A stretch of 64,000 nt of DNA. Origin: an uncultured Gemmatimonadales bacterium. GTDB lineage: Bacteria; Gemmatimonadota; Gemmatimonadetes; Longimicrobiales; Gaopeijiaceae. Below are positions 50,304 through 59,454 of the stretch, in pieces. Numbering within the stretch: position 1 is the first letter of the stretch; each line of letters begins with the position of its first letter. The DNA lies in NCBI GenBank assembly GCA_963823035.1, contig CAWGKG010000021.1, forward strand, positions 91,819 to 155,818, written 5' to 3'. The notes under the pieces are model-generated. The model was not told where the DNA came from. It saw nothing but the letters and a program-made list of their open reading frames with translations, and ran no database searches. Made by a program: the position numbers and the translations under genes.

Positions 50304-52124
50304 ATGTTCCAGCCGGCGACCCTTCGCTCCCTCCTCGCCACCGCCCTGCTGGCCGTTGCCGGCACCCCTCTCCACGCCCAACGGGGAGGTTCGCCGGACC
50401 CCGCCATGGAGCGGGCCACCGCCATGTACAGGGCCAAGGCCTCGGCAAACGACGTCGCCGAGGAGCTCGACGGCCGCTTCCGGGTCGGCGACGACCGCAC
50501 GGTGGAGATCCTGAATGCCGTGGGGTACGGGCCACCGGCCATCGCCCGGGCCGCAGGGGAGGTTCTCAGGGCCGACGCCCGCACCACCGCCGCCCTCATG
50601 GCGAAGGTCCGTATGGACGCCGTTGCCATCGCGTCCGGGCTGTCCGACGGCATGCGCGTCACGGGCATCCGTGCCCTCGAGGCGATGGACGCCGCCGGCG
50701 TCGCCGGCGTGGACGGCGCCAACGTGCTCCGCGCGACCCGCGCCGACGCCGACGACATCGCGGTGTTCCTCGGAGGACGGGGCACCGACGTCCGCACGAC
50801 CGCCGGCAGCATCCGGAGCGTCCACCGCCTGTCCGACGACGCCCTGGCGGCGCCCCTGATCAAGGCGTACGAACCGGTCCAGGTCGCGGCGTACCTCAAG
50901 GACGACCTCCGCTTCGACGGCGACAAGATCCGCGTCGCCCTGGTCGACGCGGGCGTTCCCCTCGCCACCACCAACAACACCCTCTCCAACATCGGACTTG
51001 CCCCGCCGCCTCCCGGCAACCTCCGGTGGTGGATCAGGGACTACGGGTACCACGCCGGTCCGGACGACCGCATCGAGAACGCCCAGATCGTGGACCGCAG
51101 CGCCGTGCTCCAGGGTGCCGGCGGCACCGATGGTGTCGTGTGGATCGAAGGGGACAACCTCAACCACCCGGACGTCGAGGTCTGGGCAGGGACGACCGGG
51201 GGGTCCCCCGTGAAGGCGGAGATCCGCTCACGACAGAGCCTGGGGTCCACGGATCGCCTGGAGGTCCTGTTCCCCTCCATGCCCGCCGCCGGCTTCCGGG
51301 TCGTCACCCCCGGGGGCGAGGCCGAGGTGGGCGGGCAGGCCTGGCCGGTCGGCTACGCGGCCATCGAGCGCGAGCTGTTCGATACGGCGCTCGAGGGGCT
51401 GGACATCTCCCTCGACCACGGAGACGGCGTCCGCATCGAGTTCGGCAACCAGGTCCTCACCGGTGACCTGGACGAGAACCGGGAAAACGGCATCGAGACC
51501 CGGGTGACCGACGTGAACAGCGAAGGCTTCACCATCGCGTCCGAGTCCGAACCGGGGGGCGCCGCCCTGGTCGTCACCATCCCGTTCGAGGAGAACGGCC
51601 GGGAGTTCGAGGGGAGCTTCTTCGGGTACATCCCGTGCTGGACGTGTGGGACGTTCGAGATCCCCCGTGCCAACTGCAACGCCGTCACCCTCAACTGCGT
51701 CGTGGACTTCCTGGGCCAGGGCGTGGCCTCGCTGGGCTCGTGCGTGAACCCGGAGAACTGGAGCGAACAGGAGATCCTCGACCTCGATGGGATCGATTTC
51801 ACCGGCGACCTGACGAACACGTCCCTGGCCGTGCGTCTGGCCATGCACGTGGACGGGGCGGGGTTGGGCTCGTCGGGGACGACCTTCGAGTTCCAGACCA
51901 ACGTGTCCATCGCCACGAACGGAGACGACGTGTCGGTGTCGGTCGTGGACGACTACGTGCGCACCCGGGTCGTGGACCGGCTCACCGAAGGGATGGGTGA
52001 GATCGACCTGGCCACGCAGCTCATCGCCGCGCTGAACCAGTACGCCCAACTCATGGGGTGGAATTCGTACCTGTCCATGGAGCCGATGCCGGACGGACGG
52101 CTGTTCGTCAGCTTCCCGGGCTGA
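50304..52124 (+). CDS. Large exported hypothetical protein (606 aa)
   Basis: GGAGG before ATG 50304, signal peptide ending PLHA-Q, and an uninterrupted ORF with strong GC3 bias. No family recognised. Confidence 0.85.
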   Translation: MFQPATLRSLLATALLAVAGTPLHAQRGGSPDPAMERATAMYRAKASANDVAEELDGRFRVGDDRTVEILNAVGYGPPAIARAAGEVLRADARTTAALMAKVRMDAVAIASGLSDGMRVTGIRALEAMDAAGVAGVDGANVLRATRADADDIAVFLGGRGTDVRTTAGSIRSVHRLSDDALAAPLIKAYEPVQVAAYLKDDLRFDGDKIRVALVDAGVPLATTNNTLSNIGLAPPPPGNLRWWIRDYGYHAGPDDRIENAQIVDRSAVLQGAGGTDGVVWIEGDNLNHPDVEVWAGTTGGSPVKAEIRSRQSLGSTDRLEVLFPSMPAAGFRVVTPGGEAEVGGQAWPVGYAAIERELFDTALEGLDISLDHGDGVRIEFGNQVLTGDLDENRENGIETRVTDVNSEGFTIASESEPGGAALVVTIPFEENGREFEGSFFGYIPCWTCGTFEIPRANCNAVTLNCVVDFLGQGVASLGSCVNPENWSEQEILDLDGIDFTGDLTNTSLAVRLAMHVDGAGLGSSGTTFEFQTNVSIATNGDDVSVSVVDDYVRTRVVDRLTEGMGEIDLATQLIAALNQYAQLMGWNSYLSMEPMPDGRLFVSFPG

Positions 52125-52214
52125 GGGCACTTCATCGTCGCCCGCAACCAGGAGAACCAGCGCTCACGTCGGGTGGCCGGCCGTGGGCGACGCTCCGGAC
52201 GACGTCCCCTCCCT

Positions 52215-54170
52215 TCACCGATCGGCCAGCCAGTAGAACCCGTGGGCAGGGATCACCAACTGATCCTCCACTCGGACGGGAGCCTCACCGGTCAAAAGGT
52301 CCACACCATCCCCGTGCCGGAATATCCCTCGGTTTCCGAGGTCGTGCAGGTCCAGGTGCTGGGCTTCACCGTCGAAATTCGCCACCACGAGGACGGCGCC
52401 GTTGCCGTACTCCGGGTCGGTGCGCCAGAACGCGAACACATGCGGGTTCGACGTGTCGACGAGCTCGCGGTTGTTGAAATCGGCGAAGGCTCGGATGGTC
52501 TTTCGCACCGCGATCGCCTCCCTGAGGCCATCGAAGATCCTCTGCTCCACGCTCCCCCGCCGATGCCGTCGCTCGGCCCGCTCCCAGTCGATGTCGGGCC
52601 GGTGCATCCACCGGCTGTCGCCGGCCCTGGCAGGGTCGTCCTGGAACGAATAGTCGTTCTGGGTTCCCAACTCGTCCCCGTAGTACAGGAGTGGAATCCC
52701 GCCGAACGAGAGGATCATGCCGTGAAGAAGCAGGATGACCCGGATCGCCCGGTCCACGCCGTCCTGGTCTCCGGCCTCCAGCGCGGACTCGAGCCCGGCC
52801 AGCGAAGCCAGCGACCCCGAGATGCGCGCGTCACCCGTCCTGTCGTTGACGCCGAAAGGCATGCCACGGGCCGGAGAGCCCCCATAGGACCCGGTGAAGT
52901 AATCCACCAGAAAGCGGCGATGGGCCGTCGGATCATACCCGGCCGACTCGATATCCTGGTCATCGAAGCCCAGCCCGATATCGTCGTGGCAGCGCACATA
53001 GTTGAGCCACGTCGCCCGGTCGAGCTTGGTGGGCAGGTTGCGGATGCCGATTTGGAGCAGGTTGGCGCTGCGGGTGGCGACCGCATCCCACAACAATGCC
53101 ATGAACGTCGCGTTGTAGGCGATCTCGCACTCCTTGGCGATGACGGCGTCCTCGCCGAAGTACTTGGTGATCTCCACGGGAGCGACGATGGCTTCGGCGA
53201 TGAAGAGCACGCCCGGGGCGGCGACCTGGCAGCAGTCCTTCATCAATTGCAGGATCAGATGAGCCTCGCGCTCGTTCTGGCACGTGCTTCCGATCTTCTT
53301 CCACAAGAACGCCACCGCGTCCAGACGCACGATATCGGCGCCTTTGTCGGCCCAGAACAGGATGATGGCGATCATCTCGATGAGGACGGCGGGGTTCCGG
53401 TAGTTGAGGTCCCACTGATAGTGGTTGAACACCGTCATCACCCATTTCCCCATGGCCTCGTCCCAGGTGAAGTTCCCGGGGGCGGTCTCGGGGAAGATCT
53501 CCGGCATGGTCTCCTCGAACATGTCGGGCGTGGTGCGGTCGTCGAAGACGTAGTAGTAGTCCTGATAGTCGACCTCTCCGGCCCGGGCTCTCCGCGCCCA
53601 CTCGTGCTGGTCGGATGTGTGATTGACGACCACGTCGAGCGTGAGGAGCATGCCCCGCGCGTGCATGGCCTCGGCCAGTTCGCGCAGGTCTTCGAGGGTG
53701 CCGATGGAGGGGTCGATCTTGCGGAAGTCGCTCACGGCGTAGCCGCCGTCACTGGCTCCGTCCGGGCATTGAAGCACCGGCATGACGTGGACCATGTTCA
53801 CCCCGAGCTCCTGCAGGTAGGGGAGCTTCGCCCGCACACCGTCGACGTCGGTGGCGAATCCCCCACTGTACAGGGCCATCCCCACCCATTCCTGGCTCAG
53901 GAACCAGTTGTGGTTCCCCTCGCGCTCGATATCCGACCGCTCCAGCGATTCGGAGCGGTCGATGTATCCGTCGGCCAGGACCTGCACCAGGCGCACCATC
54001 TGCTCGGTCGTGTCGTCGCGATCACCATACAGGTGCTGAAAGAGCCGGTGGATGGCGTAGAAGTTGGCGCCGAGGCGGGTGTAGAAGTGGCGCAGATCCT
54101 GCCGCCGGACCTCCGGCTTCAGGAGGTCGAGTATCTCGTTCAGGAGAGAATGGGCTACCTGTTCGTACAT
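52215..54170 (-). CDS. ams: Amylosucrase-like GH13 glycoside hydrolase
   Basis: SDGGYAVSD, DVVVNHTS, QWDLNY, RLDAVAF (nucleophile), AEAIV, YVRCHDDIG and RISGSLASLAG. Confidence 0.92.
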   Translation of the reverse strand: MYEQVAHSLLNEILDLLKPEVRRQDLRHFYTRLGANFYAIHRLFQHLYGDRDDTTEQMVRLVQVLADGYIDRSESLERSDIEREGNHNWFLSQEWVGMALYSGGFATDVDGVRAKLPYLQELGVNMVHVMPVLQCPDGASDGGYAVSDFRKIDPSIGTLEDLRELAEAMHARGMLLTLDVVVNHTSDQHEWARRARAGEVDYQDYYYVFDDRTTPDMFEETMPEIFPETAPGNFTWDEAMGKWVMTVFNHYQWDLNYRNPAVLIEMIAIILFWADKGADIVRLDAVAFLWKKIGSTCQNEREAHLILQLMKDCCQVAAPGVLFIAEAIVAPVEITKYFGEDAVIAKECEIAYNATFMALLWDAVATRSANLLQIGIRNLPTKLDRATWLNYVRCHDDIGLGFDDQDIESAGYDPTAHRRFLVDYFTGSYGGSPARGMPFGVNDRTGDARISGSLASLAGLESALEAGDQDGVDRAIRVILLLHGMILSFGGIPLLYYGDELGTQNDYSFQDDPARAGDSRWMHRPDIDWERAERRHRRGSVEQRIFDGLREAIAVRKTIRAFADFNNRELVDTSNPHVFAFWRTDPEYGNGAVLVVANFDGEAQHLDLHDLGNRGIFRHGDGVDLLTGEAPVRVEDQLVIPAHGFYWLADR

Positions 54171-54318
54171 GGCTCCAACCTGTGAGTGGACCGCGGACCG
54201 GGGGCTCGCGTGCTCTCTCGACGCACCCCGGAGCCCCTTTCGGAAGGTACCACGATGTCATCGGCGCGTTGGCGCGCCGGACGGTTGAATCCCTGCTCCG
54301 TCGTGGGTTTCTTCAGTC

Positions 54319-55377
54319 ATGGATCTTCTCGACACGATGCTCGCCGACAATGCCCTCCGAGACTGGCTCATCGCAGCCGGTGTCACCCTGGCTTCGTTCA
54401 TTCTGCTGCGCTATGTAGCGGTCGGAGTCCTGGGACGTCTCGCCCGCGCAGCCGCACGCACGGGCACCAGGTGGGACGACATCCTGGCCGACGCGCTCAA
54501 CGGCACACGCTCCCTGCCCATGCTGGCGGTCGCCCTATACGCAGGGGGCCGAGTGCTCACTCTGCCGGGCAGTGCTTCGGGGATCCTGCGCAGCATCACC
54601 GTCATCGCCCTGCTGGTGCAGGCGGGTCTCTGGGTCAGTCGCGGACTCACGGCGTGGCTCGCGTTCCGCACCGAAGAAGATGCGGCAGATGAGCCCGCTC
54701 GGGTCATGACCATGAACGTCATCGGCATCGCCGCCAAGGTGGGGCTCTGGTCCATGGTGCTCCTGCTGGCCCTGGACAATCTGGGCGTGGACGTGACCGC
54801 GCTGGTGGCGGGGTTGGGCGTGGGTGGCATCGCCGTGGCGCTGGCGGCCCAGAGCATTCTGGGTGACCTGTTCGCGTCGCTCTCGATCGTCCTGGACAAG
54901 CCCTTCGTGCTCGGCGACTTCCTCGTCGTCGGTGACTTCCTCGGGAGCGTCGAAGCCATCGGTCTCAAGACCACCCGACTGCGCAGCCTGTCCGGGGAGC
55001 AGGTGATCTTCTCCAACTCCGACCTGCTGGGAAGTCGGGTACGCAACTTCGGGCGCATGTACGAGCGTCGCGTTGTGCTCAAGATCGGCGTGACGTATCA
55101 GACGACGCGGGAACAACTCGGTGCGATCCCCGACATCCTGCGAGACGCCATCGAGGGCCATGGCGACAAGGTGCGTTTCGACCGCTCACACATGGCCGCG
55201 TACGGGGACTTCGCCATCGTCTTCGAGTCCGTCTATTTCGTGCTCAGTTCCGACTACCTCCAACACATGGATGTCCAACAGGCGATCTTCCTGAAGATCC
55301 ATGAGGAGTTCGAGTCGCGGGGCATCGAGTTCGCCTATCCCACTCAGACCATCATCGTGGAGAAGGCGGCGGGGTGA
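54319..55377 (+). CDS. mscS: Small-conductance mechanosensitive channel
   Basis: LVAGLGVGGIAVALAAQ, DKPFVLGD, IGLKTTRLRS and GIEFAYPTQT. Confidence 0.95.
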   Translation: MDLLDTMLADNALRDWLIAAGVTLASFILLRYVAVGVLGRLARAAARTGTRWDDILADALNGTRSLPMLAVALYAGGRVLTLPGSASGILRSITVIALLVQAGLWVSRGLTAWLAFRTEEDAADEPARVMTMNVIGIAAKVGLWSMVLLLALDNLGVDVTALVAGLGVGGIAVALAAQSILGDLFASLSIVLDKPFVLGDFLVVGDFLGSVEAIGLKTTRLRSLSGEQVIFSNSDLLGSRVRNFGRMYERRVVLKIGVTYQTTREQLGAIPDILRDAIEGHGDKVRFDRSHMAAYGDFAIVFESVYFVLSSDYLQHMDVQQAIFLKIHEEFESRGIEFAYPTQTIIVEKAAG

Positions 55378-55393
55378 GGCCCCGGCACCAAGC

Positions 55394-58363
55394 TCACTCC
55401 ATGGACTGCTGAAGCTGGATATTGGGGAAGAATGCCTCGAGAAGCGTCTCGCCCTCGGCCTCCCGGGCTCGGGTGAGCCGCTCCGGCTCCAGGTTCCACT
55501 TGAAGCAGAAGAACCGCAGCGCGAGGTCCGGCGAAGCGCGCACGGGCAGGATCTCCACGTGGCCCCCGCGAGACTCGAGCACGGTCACGCGCTGTCCGGC
55601 CTGCCGCAGGACCTTCCTCATCTCGACAGCTGACGGCGCGTTGTCTCCCGTCGAAAGGACGCGTAGCCGGTATCCGGCACTCAGGTCCGGGTCGGCGGTC
55701 ACGCCCGGCATGTCGGCGAGGGCGTGGCGCACCGCGTCGGGCTCCCAGCGGTATCGGATCCTCCGCTCCCACGACCGATCGCGGATCAGGTGACGCCCGT
55801 AGTGGATCGCGGTGCCCGACGACGTGAACAGCACGTCGGGCTGGGGGGCGCCCAACTCCTTCAGACGATCCAGAGCCGAATCAAGCGATCGCTCCGTCAC
55901 CACGGCGAAGCCGACGGTCCCGTCCGCAGCCTCCAGACCCGCGGCCAGGACCGCCATCCCGTGCGGGTCACCGGCGTCGGCATCCATGTCCGCAACTACC
56001 AGGCGTTCCAGCCGGATGAGACGCGCCGGCTGCCGCCCCACGGGCATGGACTGAGCTGCCGTGAGGGCTTGATGGGCCGCATCCACGTACGCTCGAGCGT
56101 GGCTGGTCCAGGAAAACCGGGCGTGCACCCGCGAGACACCGTTCTTCGACCAACGGCCCCAGCGCTCCTCGGAGGACAGTGCCTCCAGGATGGCCGCGCC
56201 CAGTTCCCCGGGATCCAGGGGATCCGCCAGGAGCCCATGGTCGCAGGCCGCCAGGATGTCGCGTGGCCCGCCGTCATGGGTGGCCACCACCGGGAGGCCG
56301 GTGGCGGCGGCCTCGATGAGGGTGAGTCCGAAGGGCTCGGTGAGTGCCGCGTTGACGAACACGCCCTTGGTGTGCGCCGCGTACCGGTACAGGTCCGGCA
56401 CGTCCTCCGTCCCGTGATGCTTGGGGTAGGCGACGGACCCGTACAGGTCGTGGCGATCGATCAGGTGGAGAATGTTGTCGAGCACCCGACGGGAGCCCGC
56501 GTCCATCTCCCTGATGTCGTCGCGGTTGCCCGCGACCACAGCCAGGTTCGCCCGTTCGCGCAGATCGGGTGTCACGGCGTAGGCGCGCAGTAGCCCCGAG
56601 AAGTTCTTCCGCTCGTCGGGGCGGGCGATGGCCAGGACCAGCGGCTTGTCGGGGTCCACGAGGAACCGGGCCAGCTCTCGGGCGATGGGTGGCCTCTGCC
56701 AGTCGACAGGTGGCGGTGAGAATCGGGTGAGGTCCACGCCGGGGGGGATGATGTGCATGCGTTCCGGTACATAGAGATCGTATTGCTCGAACTGCTCCGT
56801 CACCTCCTGATGGGTGCTTGCGATGACCAGGTCGGCGGTCTCCAGCGCCTGCTCCTCCGCCTCGATGCGACGTGTAATGCGATAGCGTTCTTCAAGCGCC
56901 TCGGGGTCCAGTCCGTCGGCCAGGAGACGGTCCCTTTTCACGCGTCCCAGGGAGTGACCGGTGAAGACGAAGGGGACACCCAACAGCTTGGCGAGCTGGG
57001 CGCCGACGTACCCACCATCGGCATAGTGGCCGTGGACGATGTCCGGGGGGTGATCGTGCATCCGGATCCACCGGGTCAGTTGGTCCAGCATCTCGTCCAG
57101 ATAGGGCCACAGCCGTTCCTTTCGGAGGTACCGGCGCGGTCCGAAGGGAAGGCGCACCAGGCGGGCATTGGCGGACAGGCGTTCCTCGGGGGCCGCGTAG
57201 TCGTCGGAGATCTTCTGGTCCTCCACCAAGCGCGTCACCAGCGTGACCTCCGCCACGCCCGGATGTCTCGCGAGCGCCCGGGCCTGGTCGACGACATACG
57301 AGACCTGTCCGCCCGTGTCCGCGTCCCGCCCCAGCTCGATATCCGAGCCACGCACCAGTCCGTGGACGCTGATGGAGAGGACGTGGATACCCTGCCTGTC
57401 CTCGTCGTCTCGAGGCGGGTGCTCGGTCCAACGCCTCAGGTGTCTCTCGTACAGAGAGAGATCGGGGCTGGTCGCCCCCCGGATGCGGCAGATGTCCCGG
57501 GCGAAGGCACCGGCCCGCTCCAACGCCAACTCGCCTGGCCATCCCTTCACGATGGCGTGACACATCACGGCAGCGAACGCGTCGCCTGCTCCGACGGTAT
57601 CCACCACGTTCTCGCTGTCGTCGCCAGGGATGGTGAGCGCATCACCCTCCCTGCGGACGAGGAGAGCGCCCTGGGGTCCCCGGGTGACCAGCACGTTGCG
57701 GACGCCGTGGCGGTCGAGCAGGCGCCTTGCCGCACCTTCGCATTCCGCTTGGGTGCCTGCGGGTGCTCCGGCGACCTCAGCCAGCTCGTCACCGCTCATC
57801 TTGACCCAGTCGGCGTCAGCGAGGCTTCGGCTCACCACCTCCGGCGTCCACCACGGGGCCCGCAGGTTGAGGTCCACAAAGACCGGAGCGTCGAAGCGGG
57901 CCCGCAACTCGAGACCCTGCCGGAGCGAGGACTCCGTCCGGAGGGCCAGGGTCCCGTGGTAGAGAACGGCGGGCGTGCCGGGCCCCAGGGCTGGCGCACG
58001 TAGGTGGTCCCACGCCTGATCCGGTGGAATCTCGTAGGTGGCTTCGCCGCCATCCATCCGCACCTCGACGCGACCGGTGGCGTACTCTGCGTCGCCCGCC
58101 ATCGCTACGGTAGAGATGCCCCAACCGGTCATCGTGTGGAGGATCTCCCGGCCCGCGTCGTCGTCTCCCACGGCGCTGATGAGGAGGGGGTCTCCGCCGA
58201 AACCGCACAGATGCCACGCCACGTTGAAGGGCGCCCCTCCCAGCACGCGAGAACCGTCGGGAAAGTGGTCGAAGAGCACTTCCCCGAAGACGAGGACGCG
58301 CCCATCCAGACGCGGCGCGGTGTCCCGCGGATCCCGTGGTTGGCGTTGTGTCGCTGACATCAT
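55394..58363 (-). CDS. sps: Fusion: PfkB fructokinase + sucrose-phosphate synthase (GT4) + degenerate/truncated SPP-like HAD domain
   Basis: PfkB motifs FGEVLFD, GGAPFNVA, DLNLR and DTVGAGDAF. SPS motifs HGLVRG, GRDADTGGQ, HGHYAD, TGHSLG, RPDERKN and EPFGLTLIEAAA. Then RLVVADMD...DVLFTSSGTAIHY. Confidence 0.93.
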   Translation of the reverse strand: MMSATQRQPRDPRDTAPRLDGRVLVFGEVLFDHFPDGSRVLGGAPFNVAWHLCGFGGDPLLISAVGDDDAGREILHTMTGWGISTVAMAGDAEYATGRVEVRMDGGEATYEIPPDQAWDHLRAPALGPGTPAVLYHGTLALRTESSLRQGLELRARFDAPVFVDLNLRAPWWTPEVVSRSLADADWVKMSGDELAEVAGAPAGTQAECEGAARRLLDRHGVRNVLVTRGPQGALLVRREGDALTIPGDDSENVVDTVGAGDAFAAVMCHAIVKGWPGELALERAGAFARDICRIRGATSPDLSLYERHLRRWTEHPPRDDEDRQGIHVLSISVHGLVRGSDIELGRDADTGGQVSYVVDQARALARHPGVAEVTLVTRLVEDQKISDDYAAPEERLSANARLVRLPFGPRRYLRKERLWPYLDEMLDQLTRWIRMHDHPPDIVHGHYADGGYVGAQLAKLLGVPFVFTGHSLGRVKRDRLLADGLDPEALEERYRITRRIEAEEQALETADLVIASTHQEVTEQFEQYDLYVPERMHIIPPGVDLTRFSPPPVDWQRPPIARELARFLVDPDKPLVLAIARPDERKNFSGLLRAYAVTPDLRERANLAVVAGNRDDIREMDAGSRRVLDNILHLIDRHDLYGSVAYPKHHGTEDVPDLYRYAAHTKGVFVNAALTEPFGLTLIEAAATGLPVVATHDGGPRDILAACDHGLLADPLDPGELGAAILEALSSEERWGRWSKNGVSRVHARFSWTSHARAYVDAAHQALTAAQSMPVGRQPARLIRLERLVVADMDADAGDPHGMAVLAAGLEAADGTVGFAVVTERSLDSALDRLKELGAPQPDVLFTSSGTAIHYGRHLIRDRSWERRIRYRWEPDAVRHALADMPGVTADPDLSAGYRLRVLSTGDNAPSAVEMRKVLRQAGQRVTVLESRGGHVEILPVRASPDLALRFFCFKWNLEPERLTRAREAEGETLLEAFFPNIQLQQSME

Positions 58364-58408
58364 GGTCCAGATTCCTCTTTACCGTTCCACATCCAAACCG
58401 GAGCGTCC

Positions 58409-59221
58409 GTGACCGTTGGTGCCGTCCCGAGACTGCTGGCCTCAGACCTCGATGGGACACTCATTCCGCCCGACCGCGCCCCGGAACGACTGCGGGAGCT
58501 CCAGGACCTGCGGCGGGCTGTCGAGGCCATGGATCTCGCCCTCGCGTATGTGACCGGTAGGCGCCTTCCATCGACGCTGAGGGGAATCGAGCGCTTCGGC
58601 CTTCCCTTGCCGGAAGCGCTCGCGTGCGATGTCGGCACGACGGTCTACTGGCGCCGGGACGGGACGTACGCCCCCGACAGGGAGTACCAGGACACCCTTG
58701 CCGCTTCGCCGGGCTTCGTGGCGGCAGCACGGGTGCAGGCGGCCCTGGCAGACCTCGAGGCGCTGCGGCTGCAGGAGCCCGAGAACCAGAACGCCTTCAA
58801 GGTGTCGTACTTCCTGGATGCAGTGCCGTCCCCCGAGCTTCTTGACCAAATCCGGACCCGCCTCGCCGACGAGGGACGGGTGCGCCTGGTGGCCAGCCAC
58901 GACCCCGTCAACGGTGTAGGCTTCCTCGATCTGTTGCCCCACGCTGCGGGCAAAGCCAACGCCGTCCGGTGCGTCACCCGCAAGCTCGGTATGACGGACG
59001 ATGACGTCGTCTTCGCCGGTGATTCCGGTAACGACACCGATGCCCTTCTTTCCGGCGTCCGCGCCGTCCTGGTGGGCAACGCCCCGGCCACGCTCCGCTC
59101 CGAAGTGCGCGCCTCCGCGGAGAGGCGGGGGCTCCAGGAGCGGGTGTACTTCGCGTCGTCGCATTTTGCTGCCGGTGTGGTTGAGGGCCTGCACCACTTC
59201 GCATCCGGCGCATCGACCTGA
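58409..59221 (+). CDS. spp: Sucrose-phosphate phosphatase-like HAD-IIB hydrolase
   Basis: LLASDLDGTL, YVTGR, CDVGT, KVSY, DLLP...GKA and FAGDSGND. Confidence 0.9.
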   Translation: MTVGAVPRLLASDLDGTLIPPDRAPERLRELQDLRRAVEAMDLALAYVTGRRLPSTLRGIERFGLPLPEALACDVGTTVYWRRDGTYAPDREYQDTLAASPGFVAAARVQAALADLEALRLQEPENQNAFKVSYFLDAVPSPELLDQIRTRLADEGRVRLVASHDPVNGVGFLDLLPHAAGKANAVRCVTRKLGMTDDDVVFAGDSGNDTDALLSGVRAVLVGNAPATLRSEVRASAERRGLQERVYFASSHFAAGVVEGLHHFASGAST

Positions 59222-59454
59222 GGCCCTCGGTCAAGGCGGCGTCCGAAGAGGATTGAGCTGACCGGACCGCAGTTGAACCTGGTTACACCTTTGTGGGCTC
59301 GAAGTTGCGTACCCGCAGCTTATGCGGCAGTACCGCCGAATTGGCGGGAAAGCCACGTGCAACGCGCCGCAGGCAGCAGGGTAGTCAACGGCCACGGGAG
59401 CGTACGCGCGTAAACGAAGGGCAACTCCGGGCAGATTCGAAACCGGGAGATTGA

